Position numbers and translations under genes: made by a program
Notes under the pieces: model-generated
Seen by the model: the letters and a program-made list of their open reading frames with translations, nothing else
What the model was told of the DNA's origin: nothing
Databases searched by the model: none
Part shown: in pieces, positions 41,458 to 51,672 of the stretch
How positions within the stretch are numbered: position 1 is the stretch's first letter
Layout of the letters: each line of letters begins with the position of its first letter
Assembly (NCBI GenBank): GCA_050331735.1
Contig: JBHJGN010000011.1
Span: forward strand, 192,001 to 256,000
Direction: 5' to 3'
Source: Cyanophyceae cyanobacterium
Lineage (GTDB): Bacteria; Cyanobacteriota; Cyanobacteriia; Cyanobacteriales; JBHJGN01
DNA: 64,000 nt

Positions 41458-42450
41458 ATGACAATGCCTAAAGTTAGCATCTGCATTCCTACCTACAATC
41501 GCGCTCATTTTCTGGCTTATGCCGTAGACAGCGTTTTTAAGCAATCCTACTCAGATTTTGAGCTGATTATTTGTGACGATGGTTCTCCCGATCGCACTCC
41601 TGAACTGGTGCAGCAATGGCACGACGATCGCCTTCACTATATCCGTCATCCTCAAAATATCGGGCGCAGTCGCAATATGCGCTCTGGATTTGAGGCGGCG
41701 AAAGGGGAATACTTTATTAAGTTCGATGATGACGATGCACTCACTCCAGACTTTCTGGAAAAAACCGTCGCAGTGTTGGAGACTAAACCAGACATAGATT
41801 TTGTCTGTACCGACCACTGGATTATCGATGGCCAAGGCAATAGAGATGAGTCGGCGACGAGAGAAAATTCGGTTCGCTGGGGCAAGGATCAGCTTCAAGG
41901 AGAGGTAAGCGACCTGATTGAGCAAACGTTTCAGCAGCAGAGTTTACAGGTGGGATCGACCCTGTTCCGTCGCGCCTGTTTGAAAGAGGTGGACTACATG
42001 CGCCCGCAAGCCGACGGCTGCGAGGACTTTGATTTACTGGTGCGGTTGGCGATCGCTGAGAAAAAAGCCTATTTCCTGCCAGAATTCTTGATGGAGTACC
42101 GCTTTCACGGCGGGCAAACTAGCTTGAAACAAAATCTACACTTTCTTTCGGCTAAGCTTTTCTGTATCGACAGCTATCGGTTTCCCACTCAAAAATTAGA
42201 AGAACTCCGCCTGCGTAAGTTAGCCGGAACGAAACAGGATTTAGGCTTGCGACTGATTGAAACAGGCGAGTCTCAACGAGGGCGTAGATTACTACAAGAA
42301 TCAACGCAGGTACTCGGTAACTCCCGCCGTGCCTCGCTGGGAGTGCTGTTATCTTACTTGCCAATGGAATTGCGTCAGAGGTTACTGGCGAGTTTTCGTC
42401 AGGTTCGAGAGAAAGACTATACCGAAAAAGTACGACTTAAGACGGGATAA
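41458..42450 (+). CDS. Glycosyltransferase family 2
   Basis: SICIPTYNR, CDDGS, KFDDDD, CEDFDL. Confidence 0.9.
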   Translation: MTMPKVSICIPTYNRAHFLAYAVDSVFKQSYSDFELIICDDGSPDRTPELVQQWHDDRLHYIRHPQNIGRSRNMRSGFEAAKGEYFIKFDDDDALTPDFLEKTVAVLETKPDIDFVCTDHWIIDGQGNRDESATRENSVRWGKDQLQGEVSDLIEQTFQQQSLQVGSTLFRRACLKEVDYMRPQADGCEDFDLLVRLAIAEKKAYFLPEFLMEYRFHGGQTSLKQNLHFLSAKLFCIDSYRFPTQKLEELRLRKLAGTKQDLGLRLIETGESQRGRRLLQESTQVLGNSRRASLGVLLSYLPMELRQRLLASFRQVREKDYTEKVRLKTG

Positions 42451-42661
42451 GAAAATTCGCTAATCGGAGTTAATGGCTCTAAGAACAGGAAAATGGCTTT
42501 TATCCTCAAAATTGGTTCGATATAAGCAACGAATCACTGAGTCTGACTTGAATGATAAGATTAATGTCTTCCTAGCTAGCTCAATAGTGCAAAAGTAACT
42601 TTTTAGTGAAAGTAACGGAAACACAGTGTAGGATGCGTAGGAAGTGCGAACAAGATGATTC

Positions 42662-43204
42662 ATGAACGCGATTTCAACGAAAATTCCTGATGTTTTGATT
42701 ATTGAACCTCAAGTTTATGGAGACGAACGGGGGTTCTTTTACGAGAGTTACAACGAGCGAGCGTTTATCGAGAAAACAGGCGTGACGGCTCATTTTGTCC
42801 AGGATAATCACTCTCGTTCTGCTCATAACGTTCTGCGCGGGTTACATTATCAAATTCAGCAGCCACAGGGAAAGTTAGTGCGCGTCGTTGTCGGTGAAGT
42901 ATTCGACGTGGCGGTAGATATCCGCAAAGGTTCGCCCACTTTTGGGCAGTGGGAGAGTTGTTTGCTGAGTGCGGAGAACAAGCGACAGTTTTGGGTTCCT
43001 CCTGGTTTTGCCCACGGCTTCTTAGTGGTGTCCGAGGTGGCTGAATTTTTGTACAAAACCACCGATTATTACGCCCCGCAGTACGAACGAACGATTCTTT
43101 GGAACGATCCCGATTTAGCGATCGCCTGGCCCACCCAAGAACCAGTATTGTCGAATAAAGACCAGGCAGGCAAACTGTTGAAAGAGGCGGAGGTATTTGC
43201 ATGA
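42662..43204 (+). CDS. rfbC: dTDP-4-dehydrorhamnose 3,5-epimerase
   Basis: DERGFF, QDNHSRS..VLRGLHYQ, PGFAHGF. Confidence 0.95.
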   Translation: MNAISTKIPDVLIIEPQVYGDERGFFYESYNERAFIEKTGVTAHFVQDNHSRSAHNVLRGLHYQIQQPQGKLVRVVVGEVFDVAVDIRKGSPTFGQWESCLLSAENKRQFWVPPGFAHGFLVVSEVAEFLYKTTDYYAPQYERTILWNDPDLAIAWPTQEPVLSNKDQAGKLLKEAEVFA

Positions 43205-44076
43205 AGATTTTACTGACGGGAATCAATGGTCAGCTTGGTAGAGAACTCCAGGCTACGCTACCGTCCGTCGGAGAAGTCATCGGTGTCGGGCGAACAGAGA
43301 TGGACTTAGCCCAACCAGAGAGCATTCTCCAGGTGATTAACGAGGTTAAGCCCGACTGGATTGTGAATCCAGCCGCCTATACTGCTGTAGATAAAGCCGA
43401 AACCGAAACCGAACAGGCAGTAGCTATTAACACGACGGCCCCGGCAACGATGGCACAAGTTGCACAGCGCCTCAACATTCCGCTGCTGCACGTTTCGACA
43501 GACTACGTGTTTAGCGGCGACAAAAATACTCCCTACACCGAAGACGACGTGCCAAGTCCCCTCGGCGTTTACGGCAGTTCTAAACTCGCCGGAGAGGAAA
43601 AAGTCAGACAAAACTGCGATCGCTCGATCGTCCTCAGAACTGCCTGGGTCTACAGTGCCTATGGAAAAGGCAATTTTGTCAAAACGATGCTGCGGCTAGG
43701 CGCACAGCGCGAGGAACTGCGGGTGGTGGCCGATCAGGTCGGCACTCCTACCTGGGCGCGAGATATTGCTGAGGCGATGACCGCCCTCATTACGAAAGAA
43801 CCACAGCCATCTGGGCAGATTTACCACTTTACCAACAGCGGCGTTGCTAGCTGGTACGATTTGGCCGTGGCGACCTTTGAAGAAGCGCAGGCGTTAGGCC
43901 ACCCGCTAGCCGTCAAACAGGTTGTCCCCATTACCACTCCTGAATATCCCACGACCGCCTCACGTCCCGCCTATTCAGTTCTGTCACAAAAAAAGCTCGC
44001 GGGTGTTCTAGGAACCTATGCCCCCCACTGGAGACAGTCGTTGCGAAAGATGCTGACTCAGTATCTACAACAATAA
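43201..44076 (+). CDS. rfbD: dTDP-4-dehydrorhamnose reductase
   Basis: GINGQLG, AYTAVDKAE, STDYVF, YGSSK, DQVGTPT. Confidence 0.95.
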   Translation: MKILLTGINGQLGRELQATLPSVGEVIGVGRTEMDLAQPESILQVINEVKPDWIVNPAAYTAVDKAETETEQAVAINTTAPATMAQVAQRLNIPLLHVSTDYVFSGDKNTPYTEDDVPSPLGVYGSSKLAGEEKVRQNCDRSIVLRTAWVYSAYGKGNFVKTMLRLGAQREELRVVADQVGTPTWARDIAEAMTALITKEPQPSGQIYHFTNSGVASWYDLAVATFEEAQALGHPLAVKQVVPITTPEYPTTASRPAYSVLSQKKLAGVLGTYAPHWRQSLRKMLTQYLQQ

Positions 44077-44197
44077 ACAAACTAATTTGGTCACTGGTCA
44101 CTGCTCAGTAATAATAAGGTTGACGGATGAGAAATTATTTAGTAATTTCGCACCAGAAGAGCTATTATTCTCCTTCCCATTTCTTAGCAGCGATCTT

Positions 44198-45271
44198 ATG
44201 AAAGCACTTATTCTTTCGGGCGGTAAAGGAACGCGGCTTCGCCCGCTAACCTATACAGGCGCAAAGCAACTGGTTCCCGTCGCCAATAAACCGATTCTGT
44301 GGTACGGGATTGAAGCTATTGTTGCCGCCGGAATTACCGACATTGGCATTATTATTAGTCCAGAAACGGGAGAAGAAGTAGAAGCCAAAACAGGTAATGG
44401 CGATCGCTTTGGTGCCAATATTACCTACATCCTTCAGTCTGAACCTGCCGGACTGGCTCATGCGGTCAAGATCGCGCAGCCGTTTTTAGGGGATGCTCCT
44501 TTCGTGATGTATTTGGGTGATAACCTGATTCAAGACGATCTCAACGCTTTCCTGGCTGATTTTAAAGATAGAAGTTTAGACTCTTTGATTCTCCTGCGCT
44601 CTGTGCCTAATCCGACGGCGTTTGGCGTTGCTAGGGTAGACGGAAGCGGGCGGGTCTTGCAGCTTGTCGAAAAACCAAAAGTGCCGCCTTCTAACCTAGC
44701 GCTGGTCGGAATCTACTTTTTCGCTCCCGCCATTCACGAGGCGATCGCGCGAATTCAGCCATCTGCGCGGGGAGAACTGGAAATTACCGATGCGATTCAA
44801 GTCTTAATCGAGGGGCAAAAAGCGGTAGAAGCTCGTCAGCTACAAAGCTGGTGGCTCGATACCGGAAAGAAAGACGACCTGTTAGAGGCTAACCGCATTA
44901 TTCTCGATACTCGTTTAGAATTAGCTATTTTTGGTGAAATCGATGCTCCGAGTCAAATCATCGGGCGAGTGCAGATTGGTCAAGGCTCTAAAGTGATTAA
45001 CAGCACGATTCGCGGTCCCGTGACGATTGGCAACAACTGCTTCATCGAAAACTGCTTTATCGGACCCTACAGCAGCATCGCCGATGGAGTAACGTTAATC
45101 GATGCGGATCTCGAACACAGCGTGATCCTGCGGGAGGCCAAGGTGGCCGGCATCCACCAGCGAATTGTTGATAGCGTCATCGGACAGCGAGCCAAACTCA
45201 TTGTCGCTCCGCAGCGTCCGAAAGCGTTGCGCTTTATGATTGGAGATGATTCTCAAATTGAAATCGTTTAG
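44198..45271 (+). CDS. rfbA: Glucose-1-phosphate thymidylyltransferase (long form)
   Basis: MKALILSGGKGTRLRPLT, PSARGELEITDA, WWLDTG. Confidence 0.92.
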   Translation: MKALILSGGKGTRLRPLTYTGAKQLVPVANKPILWYGIEAIVAAGITDIGIIISPETGEEVEAKTGNGDRFGANITYILQSEPAGLAHAVKIAQPFLGDAPFVMYLGDNLIQDDLNAFLADFKDRSLDSLILLRSVPNPTAFGVARVDGSGRVLQLVEKPKVPPSNLALVGIYFFAPAIHEAIARIQPSARGELEITDAIQVLIEGQKAVEARQLQSWWLDTGKKDDLLEANRIILDTRLELAIFGEIDAPSQIIGRVQIGQGSKVINSTIRGPVTIGNNCFIENCFIGPYSSIADGVTLIDADLEHSVILREAKVAGIHQRIVDSVIGQRAKLIVAPQRPKALRFMIGDDSQIEIV

Positions 45272-45287
45272 TTTGTGAGCGAGGACT

Positions 45288-46370
45288 TTGAATAACCAGA
45301 CCAACAGAAAACCGCGCCGCATCATCGTTACAGGCGGTGCTGGATTTATTGGCTCTAACTTTGTGCATCACTGGTGCCGACAGTATCCAGAAGACCGCGT
45401 GGTGGTTCTCGATGCCCTCACCTATGCCGGGAATCGGCAAAACTTAGCAGATGTCGAAGAAAAAATTCGCTTTGTTAAAGGGGATATTGGCGATCGCTCA
45501 CTGATCGATACGCTGCTGCGGGAAGAAAACATCAATATTGTTGCTCACTTTGCCGCCGAATCTCACGTCGATCGCTCGATCCTCGGTCCTGATGCTTTCA
45601 TTCAAACAAATGTGGTGGGGACGTTTACCTTACTAGAAAGCTTTCGTCAGTACTGGCTCGAACGGGGACAGGTGGCAGACTTTCTCTTTCACCACGTTTC
45701 CACCGATGAAGTTTACGGCAGCCTTGGTCCTGACGACCCACCGTTTAGCGAGACTACGCCCTATGCTCCCAACAGCCCCTACTCCGCCTCGAAAGCGGGG
45801 AGCGACCATTTAGTACGGGCCTACTACCATACTTACGGCTTACCGACGGTGGCGACCAACTGCTCAAATAACTACGGCCCCTACCACTTTCCCGAAAAGC
45901 TGATCCCGCTGATGTGCATTAATATTTTGCTCGGTAAGCCACTCCCCGTGTATGGGGATGGACAGAATATCCGGGATTGGCTCTACGTCGGCGACCACTG
46001 TTGCGCCTTGGACGTGGTAATCCACCAGGGTAAACCGGGAGAAACTTACAACATCGGCGGCAACAACGAGGTCAAAAATATTGATTTAGTCCATACTCTT
46101 TGCGAACTGATGAACGAGATGGCGGTCGATCTACCCGTTCGCCCCGCCCAAAAGCTAATTACCTTTGTTAAGGATCGACCCGGACACGATCGCCGCTACG
46201 CCATTGACGCTACTAAAATTAAAACCGAACTTGGCTGGACTCCGGCGCAAACCCTAGAAGGAGGACTGCGCTGTACCATTGACTGGTATCTTAAGCATCC
46301 AGACTGGTGGCAGCCATTGCTTTCACCCCAGTATCAGGACTACTATCGACAGGTTTACAGTGATAGTTAG
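45288..46370 (+). CDS. rfbB: dTDP-glucose 4,6-dehydratase
   Basis: [41 protein letters not shown]. Confidence 0.95.
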   Translation: MNNQTNRKPRRIIVTGGAGFIGSNFVHHWCRQYPEDRVVVLDALTYAGNRQNLADVEEKIRFVKGDIGDRSLIDTLLREENINIVAHFAAESHVDRSILGPDAFIQTNVVGTFTLLESFRQYWLERGQVADFLFHHVSTDEVYGSLGPDDPPFSETTPYAPNSPYSASKAGSDHLVRAYYHTYGLPTVATNCSNNYGPYHFPEKLIPLMCINILLGKPLPVYGDGQNIRDWLYVGDHCCALDVVIHQGKPGETYNIGGNNEVKNIDLVHTLCELMNEMAVDLPVRPAQKLITFVKDRPGHDRRYAIDATKIKTELGWTPAQTLEGGLRCTIDWYLKHPDWWQPLLSPQYQDYYRQVYSDS

Positions 46371-46655
46371 AACAATTGGCATTCAATTGGGATCTTTAAC
46401 GCTTTGCTGGTTAGACGAACCTTTCCTGTTTTTTGTCCAGGAATTTCCGTTCAAGGTCAGAATAATTCTGTCGCAGCTAATAAAAAATGCCTAGCAAGAG
46501 TCATACTAGGCAAAACGAATGCAAACAAATTTGAGCAACTAGTTTTATATGAGGTCGCGAAACCTATATCTCTATAAAATCATTCCTAAGACAGATTGCA
46601 AAGACAAAAAGAGTAATCTTGACGAAAAAAACAAGAAACTCACCTTTTTTAAAGT

Positions 46656-48158
46656 TTAGGTAGGACTAACTCTGTTTTTACCTTTAATAAAACATTCAGG
46701 AGTCCAGCTACCGTGTAACCCGTAGGGAATATGGTGTTTTAGATGAGCGGTAGCGATTGGTCCCTGAGTTAAGTCTTGACCATCTAAAACGACGACATCG
46801 GAACGATGATGGCGGGCATCGTACACCACTGCTAACACCCATCCTTCGTCTTCGGTTTGGGCATCGGATTTCGGCACAAACACGGGTTCACTAATAAAGC
46901 CCGATGGAGCAAAAGACCAAAGCTGTCGCTGTTGCGTTTTATAGTCTAGCTTGAGGATGGCCTGAAGAGGCGCATTGCCAGTTGCTTGATGAGCCGCACC
47001 GATGAATAAATAGCGGTAGGGACGACCAATTTTATCAGGATGCACCGCCGGAAACTCGCAGCAGCGCTTCTCAATTGGGCGACTTTGGACCGTATTCCCT
47101 CCTAAATCAATAGTAAAGCGCCATACCTGTCCCGGGTCGAGGGCTTCAAAATTCACATCTTTGTAGTTTGAACCCGGCTCTACTTCTGGAAAAGACTGAT
47201 AGCAGATTGAATCAACGTTGAGCTTGTTTCCTTCTTCAAAAGCATTAACGTGGTGAAAAACAAATCCGGCTTGAGTCTCGAAGGTTTTCACCTCTTTGTA
47301 GGGAGGAGTCCGGGGAATGACGACGATGCGGGTAGGCTTTGAGGCATGAAATTTAATGCATTCCCCTGCCCCTCGAAGTCCAAACACAAAGGGCAGCGGA
47401 TTAAAGGTAACGGGATTTTGGAAGAAAACGCAGTAGTGAGGGGTAATGGCAAAGTCGTGTAAAAACGCAAAGCCAGGAATGCTGTGGGAATGCTGCCGCA
47501 GCAGTTCTCCTTGAGGATTAAATTCGTAGATGGTCAGAGTCGTAGAAAGACCGGGTCTGAGGGAGAAATTGACCAAGCACGGCTTTCCATTATCTAGCGC
47601 ACAGCTCGGATCGATCCAGGGATGAGCACCAAAAGAGCCGCCAGGAGCGATCGCTTCATCTAAGCGATCAATGCCAATTGTTTCTAAGGTGCGCGGATCG
47701 AGGCGATAGGGTTCTGCTGCTTCCCAGAGAGCCAGCAGTTTGTTCCCCCAGTAGATCACGCTGGTATTGGCAATATTCTTCAGCCGGAAATCAAAGGCGT
47801 TATTAAGCCACCCGCCCGGTTTTTGAGTGCCGAAAACTCCCCGATAGAGAATTTTCCCCGCCCGTTGTTCTTCTAGGTAGGCTTCTGTGCGCACAAAGCG
47901 ATTGCGAAAATGAACTCGCCCTCCCTGAAAAGAAATGGCGCTGACCATACCATCGCCGTCGAAAGGATGGTGAATTGGGGAATTACCAACGTCTAACAAA
48001 CCGGGACCGTTGCGAAAGAAGGTTCCCTGGAGTTCGGTGGGGATTTCTCCTTCGATATCCTCCACCCAGTAGTCATATTCGTGAGGTTGGGAGGCGTACC
48101 CCTGCTGCCACTCTTGGCGACTGTAGGATTTGGCTGTCTTCTCAATCAGATTCGGCAT
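46656..48158 (-). CDS. Carotenoid cleavage oxygenase (RPE65 family, ACO/Diox1-like)
   Basis: HPFDGDG, FLHDF, FVFHH, SEPVFVP, IPYGLHGSW. Confidence 0.9.
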   Translation of the reverse strand: MPNLIEKTAKSYSRQEWQQGYASQPHEYDYWVEDIEGEIPTELQGTFFRNGPGLLDVGNSPIHHPFDGDGMVSAISFQGGRVHFRNRFVRTEAYLEEQRAGKILYRGVFGTQKPGGWLNNAFDFRLKNIANTSVIYWGNKLLALWEAAEPYRLDPRTLETIGIDRLDEAIAPGGSFGAHPWIDPSCALDNGKPCLVNFSLRPGLSTTLTIYEFNPQGELLRQHSHSIPGFAFLHDFAITPHYCVFFQNPVTFNPLPFVFGLRGAGECIKFHASKPTRIVVIPRTPPYKEVKTFETQAGFVFHHVNAFEEGNKLNVDSICYQSFPEVEPGSNYKDVNFEALDPGQVWRFTIDLGGNTVQSRPIEKRCCEFPAVHPDKIGRPYRYLFIGAAHQATGNAPLQAILKLDYKTQQRQLWSFAPSGFISEPVFVPKSDAQTEDEGWVLAVVYDARHHRSDVVVLDGQDLTQGPIATAHLKHHIPYGLHGSWTPECFIKGKNRVSPT

Positions 48159-48200
48159 GGGAATTAGGCAAGCTAAATGCGTTGAAGATATATTTGGTCG

Positions 48201-49667
48201 TTAGGTTTCTTCCTCTACGGTGCTACTGACCAATTCTGGAAGAAGCTCAGGCAGTGCGGCTTGTTCAGTTTGAGCACCGGGAGGATGGGTTTCAAAAATC
48301 CCGGCGGTCGGGTGAGCATGATGATCGCCGGCAGACATGACCTGTTTCTGGGGATCTCCTGCTGGCAGCCAGTTGAGGAGAGGCAACGGCAGCAGGGTGG
48401 AAAGATTGGTAATAACAACCAGCAGCCAGAGATGCTCAAAATTGGTTTCTGTGACTCCAAGCCAGTGAGTCAGCGCCGCCCCTAGTTCGTGAGACAGCAG
48501 CCCCGCCAGGTTCCAAATTGACATCAGCAGAGCAAATAGGGTGGCCTCAATTCCTTCTGGACACAGACGGGCTGCCAGCACCAGGACAGGCATAAAGGCA
48601 ATCTGTCCCATGACGGTAAGCACTAGGCTATCGCCAAGGCTGAACCAATGGTCGTCGATGCCGAGCGCTCGGTTAGCGTGAGTCACCAAAATTAAAGTAG
48701 TGAGGCCCAGTGCAGAGGAAATCACCGTACTCCAGCCGAGGATGACCCGAAAGGAAACCTGCTTGAGAAAGCGTTGATAGATCCAAATACCGACAATGGA
48801 AGCCAGACTAGTGACTAGACGCACTCGACCTAAAAATTCTGGTTCAAAGCCCAGTTCATTGGTCGTGAAGAAAAAGAAGGCGGAATCAGCACTGGGAGTT
48901 GCCTGCCACAGAAACACAAAAGCGGTGGGAAGCCAAATGGTTTTCTGCTTGATGGCCTGCCACAGTTGCCGCACCTGAGTCCTCACTTTTGGTGGGGCTG
49001 TTGAGTCTGAGTTGGCGGAGCGATCGCCAATTCTTGCTTCGGCAATTAGCCAAGCAACGGCAGAAACAATGAGAGGAAAGCTGGCAGTAATGCCGAAGAC
49101 GGTCTGGTTGCTGAAGTGCTGCAATAGCCAACCGCTGAGATAGGCCGTAATCACGCCACCAACGGCTGAAACGCCCCAGGTAAGCGACTGTAATGACCCG
49201 GCTTGGCTCAGAGATTCTTTTCTGGCTCGTTCTACCACCAGTGAATCAACGATCACGTCACTTAGGGCAACCGAAATCGACGTTACCAGGATGGCAGCGG
49301 TGGCTGCCCAAGCCGTGTCTACAACGGTGGCGAGGGCTACCCAGGATAGGCAGCCGAGGATTCCTGATAGGATCAGGTAGGGGCGGCGACGATAGCCCAG
49401 AATCGGCAAGCCATCCGACAAAAAGCCAAATACTGGTTTTACAACCCAGGGAAGCGCAGCGACTCCCATAAGCGCACCGACTTCCGCCGGGCTAAGCCCC
49501 AAATCGTCTTTGAGAAAAAAGCTAACGGCAAGCCGCGCTAAGCCGAGAACGCCTTGAACAAAATAAATGCAGAGAATGGCCAGTAATTCAGGGGTTGGCC
49601 GATTTCCCAAAAATACTTTCTCTTTGATTGATTCCTTGACGCTATCGATTTCAGCAGAGGCAATCAT
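48201..49667 (-). CDS. Folate/biopterin transporter (BT1/FBT family MFS)
   Basis: YFVQGVLGLARLAVSFFLKD, GYRRRPY, RLCPEGIEATLFALLMS. Confidence 0.9.
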   Translation of the reverse strand: MIASAEIDSVKESIKEKVFLGNRPTPELLAILCIYFVQGVLGLARLAVSFFLKDDLGLSPAEVGALMGVAALPWVVKPVFGFLSDGLPILGYRRRPYLILSGILGCLSWVALATVVDTAWAATAAILVTSISVALSDVIVDSLVVERARKESLSQAGSLQSLTWGVSAVGGVITAYLSGWLLQHFSNQTVFGITASFPLIVSAVAWLIAEARIGDRSANSDSTAPPKVRTQVRQLWQAIKQKTIWLPTAFVFLWQATPSADSAFFFFTTNELGFEPEFLGRVRLVTSLASIVGIWIYQRFLKQVSFRVILGWSTVISSALGLTTLILVTHANRALGIDDHWFSLGDSLVLTVMGQIAFMPVLVLAARLCPEGIEATLFALLMSIWNLAGLLSHELGAALTHWLGVTETNFEHLWLLVVITNLSTLLPLPLLNWLPAGDPQKQVMSAGDHHAHPTAGIFETHPPGAQTEQAALPELLPELVSSTVEEET

Positions 49668-49981
49668 GAATATTTTTTAACTTTTGTTGCTTTTTCTAGC
49701 ATACCTCCTTGAGCTAAGCAGGCGATCGCCCTTTAGTGGGATGTTCAAACAATTTTGAAGACAGAGCGCATAGAAGCATTAATCAGCTAAGCTGGCAATT
49801 TTCAAGTCTTTCTTTGAATAGTCGTCGATACAGAATTGTATAAATAAGTTTTAACTAACGTAAACAAGCATGTCATTCATGACAAAAATAAAACAATAAG
49901 TTGATAAAATTCTAGAAAAAGCAAGCATCTTCAAGCGACTTTTTTCAGTAATCACTTGTTAGTTAAAATTGGTATTAACTT

Positions 49982-50836
49982 ATGTTAAAGAAGATTTTGT
50001 ATGCAGAATCAGGGACTGGCAATACTCAAGAAATGCTGAAAGTTTTGATGGATCTTCCCGCCATCAAAAATGCTTCTTTAACAATTTTACATGCCGTACC
50101 GCCTCAGATTACCTCCGAAGCCGTTACGGAAAAGTGGGAAGCAGGAGGAACAATCGTAGCCAATACGATCAAAAGCTTGAACCTCGACCCCAGTAATATT
50201 TCGACCATTTTGCGTCAAGGCGAACCCAAAGACATCGTTTGCCAGGTTGCTGATGAAATTGACGCAGATTTAATTGTTATTGGGTCGCGGGGACTGAAAC
50301 GCTTAGAAGCAATTCTGCAAAATTCTGTGAGCCAGTACGTTTTTCAGCTTACTAACCACCCGATGTTGCTGGTTAAAGATGATATCTACGTCAAAAAAAT
50401 CAAGCGAATTATGGTTGCGCTCGATAAATCCGAGGCAGCACAGTCCTCTCTTGAGCTTGCGCTCTTTCTCCTCAAAGACTATCCCAACTGCGAACTGATT
50501 TTAGCGCGCATCAATCCCGACCTCGATCCTGATTTACTGCCTCTTTCTAAATCAGAGATGGAGGCTAACCCCGTTCTCGCTCCCGCTATTGCTCAAGTCA
50601 AACGATTTGGAATTCCTTACCGCTGCGTTGTAACGGGAGGGAAGCCAGGGGTGCAAATTTGCCAATTAGCCGAAGAGTATAACGTCGATCTGCTCATGCT
50701 GGGATCTCCAGACCGCCGTCCTTCCGTCGCCAAAAGCTTACCGGATCTCGATCGCCTGCTAGGAACTTCCTTGTCGGATTACGTTCGCGTTAATGCTAAC
50801 TGTCCAGTGCTGCTAACTCGCAATGACGCAACTTAG
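49982..50836 (+). CDS. Tandem-domain universal stress protein
   Basis: Two USP domains (IVIGSRG...SVSQYV; LMLGSP...SLSDYVRVNANCPVL). Confidence 0.88.
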   Translation: MLKKILYAESGTGNTQEMLKVLMDLPAIKNASLTILHAVPPQITSEAVTEKWEAGGTIVANTIKSLNLDPSNISTILRQGEPKDIVCQVADEIDADLIVIGSRGLKRLEAILQNSVSQYVFQLTNHPMLLVKDDIYVKKIKRIMVALDKSEAAQSSLELALFLLKDYPNCELILARINPDLDPDLLPLSKSEMEANPVLAPAIAQVKRFGIPYRCVVTGGKPGVQICQLAEEYNVDLLMLGSPDRRPSVAKSLPDLDRLLGTSLSDYVRVNANCPVLLTRNDAT

Positions 50837-50910
50837 CTTTTAACCACTCTTAGAAACAATCAACTTGGAGTCAGCACCGTCAGTCCAGTATTCCCGTTGC
50901 CACTGAAAAG

Positions 50911-50938
50911 GGAGCCAGAAACTTTTTTCCCTGGCTCC
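50911..50938. terminator. Hairpin between convergent USP and psbM genes
   Basis: GGAGCCAG...CTGGCTCC inverted repeat, preceded by AAAA (U-tail on the minus strand). Confidence 0.55.
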
Positions 50939-50961
50939 TAATATATCAAGATTTGACTCTA

Positions 50962-51069
50962 TTATTCGCTTTCTTTACTAGCTGTTTGAATATACAGAAT
51001 TAGCAAAAAAACAGTGGGAACTAGTACAAATAAAATACTAGCGATAAAACCCAAATCGTTAACTTGCAT
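50962..51069 (-). CDS. psbM: Photosystem II protein PsbM (35 aa, not in ORF track)
   Basis: Hand translation [35 protein letters not shown]. Confidence 0.95.
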   Translation of the reverse strand: MQVNDLGFIASILFVLVPTVFLLILYIQTASKESE

Positions 51070-51141
51070 TCGCTCCCTGCCTCTACATTAGCTCGATCTA
51101 CCAATAGGATATCATCAAGTCTGATGAAATAAACGATTTAA

Positions 51142-51438
51142 TTATGGTTTAGTTTTAACGCTAACAGGGCCCTGAACCAAAGTTTGGCAAGAAAGACGAT
51201 AGCTATCGGGTTTTTTCTTCAATTTCCGTTTTTCAACCTCTGTCTTCTCGGAAAGGTTCTCCATGCCTTCAACAATTTCGACGATACAGGTGCCGCATTG
51301 ACCGTATCCACCGCAGTTAAACAGCTTTCCCTTGAGTTTGTAGATATCAATATTGTTTTGCAGTGCTTTTTCTCGTAAATTAGCACCATCGGCAGCAACA
51401 ACTTCTTTTTCTTCTTTGATAAATTTAATGTTAGCCAT
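51142..51438 (-). CDS. 2Fe-2S ferredoxin-like protein (type commonly found upstream of psbM)
   Basis: [11 protein letters not shown] ... RLSCQ. Confidence 0.9.
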   Translation of the reverse strand: MANIKFIKEEKEVVAADGANLREKALQNNIDIYKLKGKLFNCGGYGQCGTCIVEIVEGMENLSEKTEVEKRKLKKKPDSYRLSCQTLVQGPVSVKTKP

Positions 51439-51496
51439 GCGCCCTCTATTTAACCTCTTTCTTCAATATTAAGAAATGTATAAAAGATTTACCAAC

Positions 51497-51667
51497 AAAG
51501 CGCCGTAGGCGCAGGGAAAAGGGGAGCGGGGAAGGGGAAAAGGGAAAATAAATGAGTTTGTTCTTTAACTCTAGGTTTTGTCCCTGTCCCAAGGGGACAG
51601 ATTTTCTTCCCCTTCCCCGTTCCGGAGGAACAGTTTTCCCTTTCCCCTTTCCCCGTCCCGGAGGGAC
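51497..51667 (+). repeat. Modular dispersed repeat, copy A (mini-hairpins + G-rich arm + core + C-rich arm)
   Basis: Hairpins at 51500, 51586, 51619 and 51655. Core AATAAATGAGTTTGTT..TTAACTCT shared with 58293. Confidence 0.85.
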
Positions 51668-51672
51668 TACCT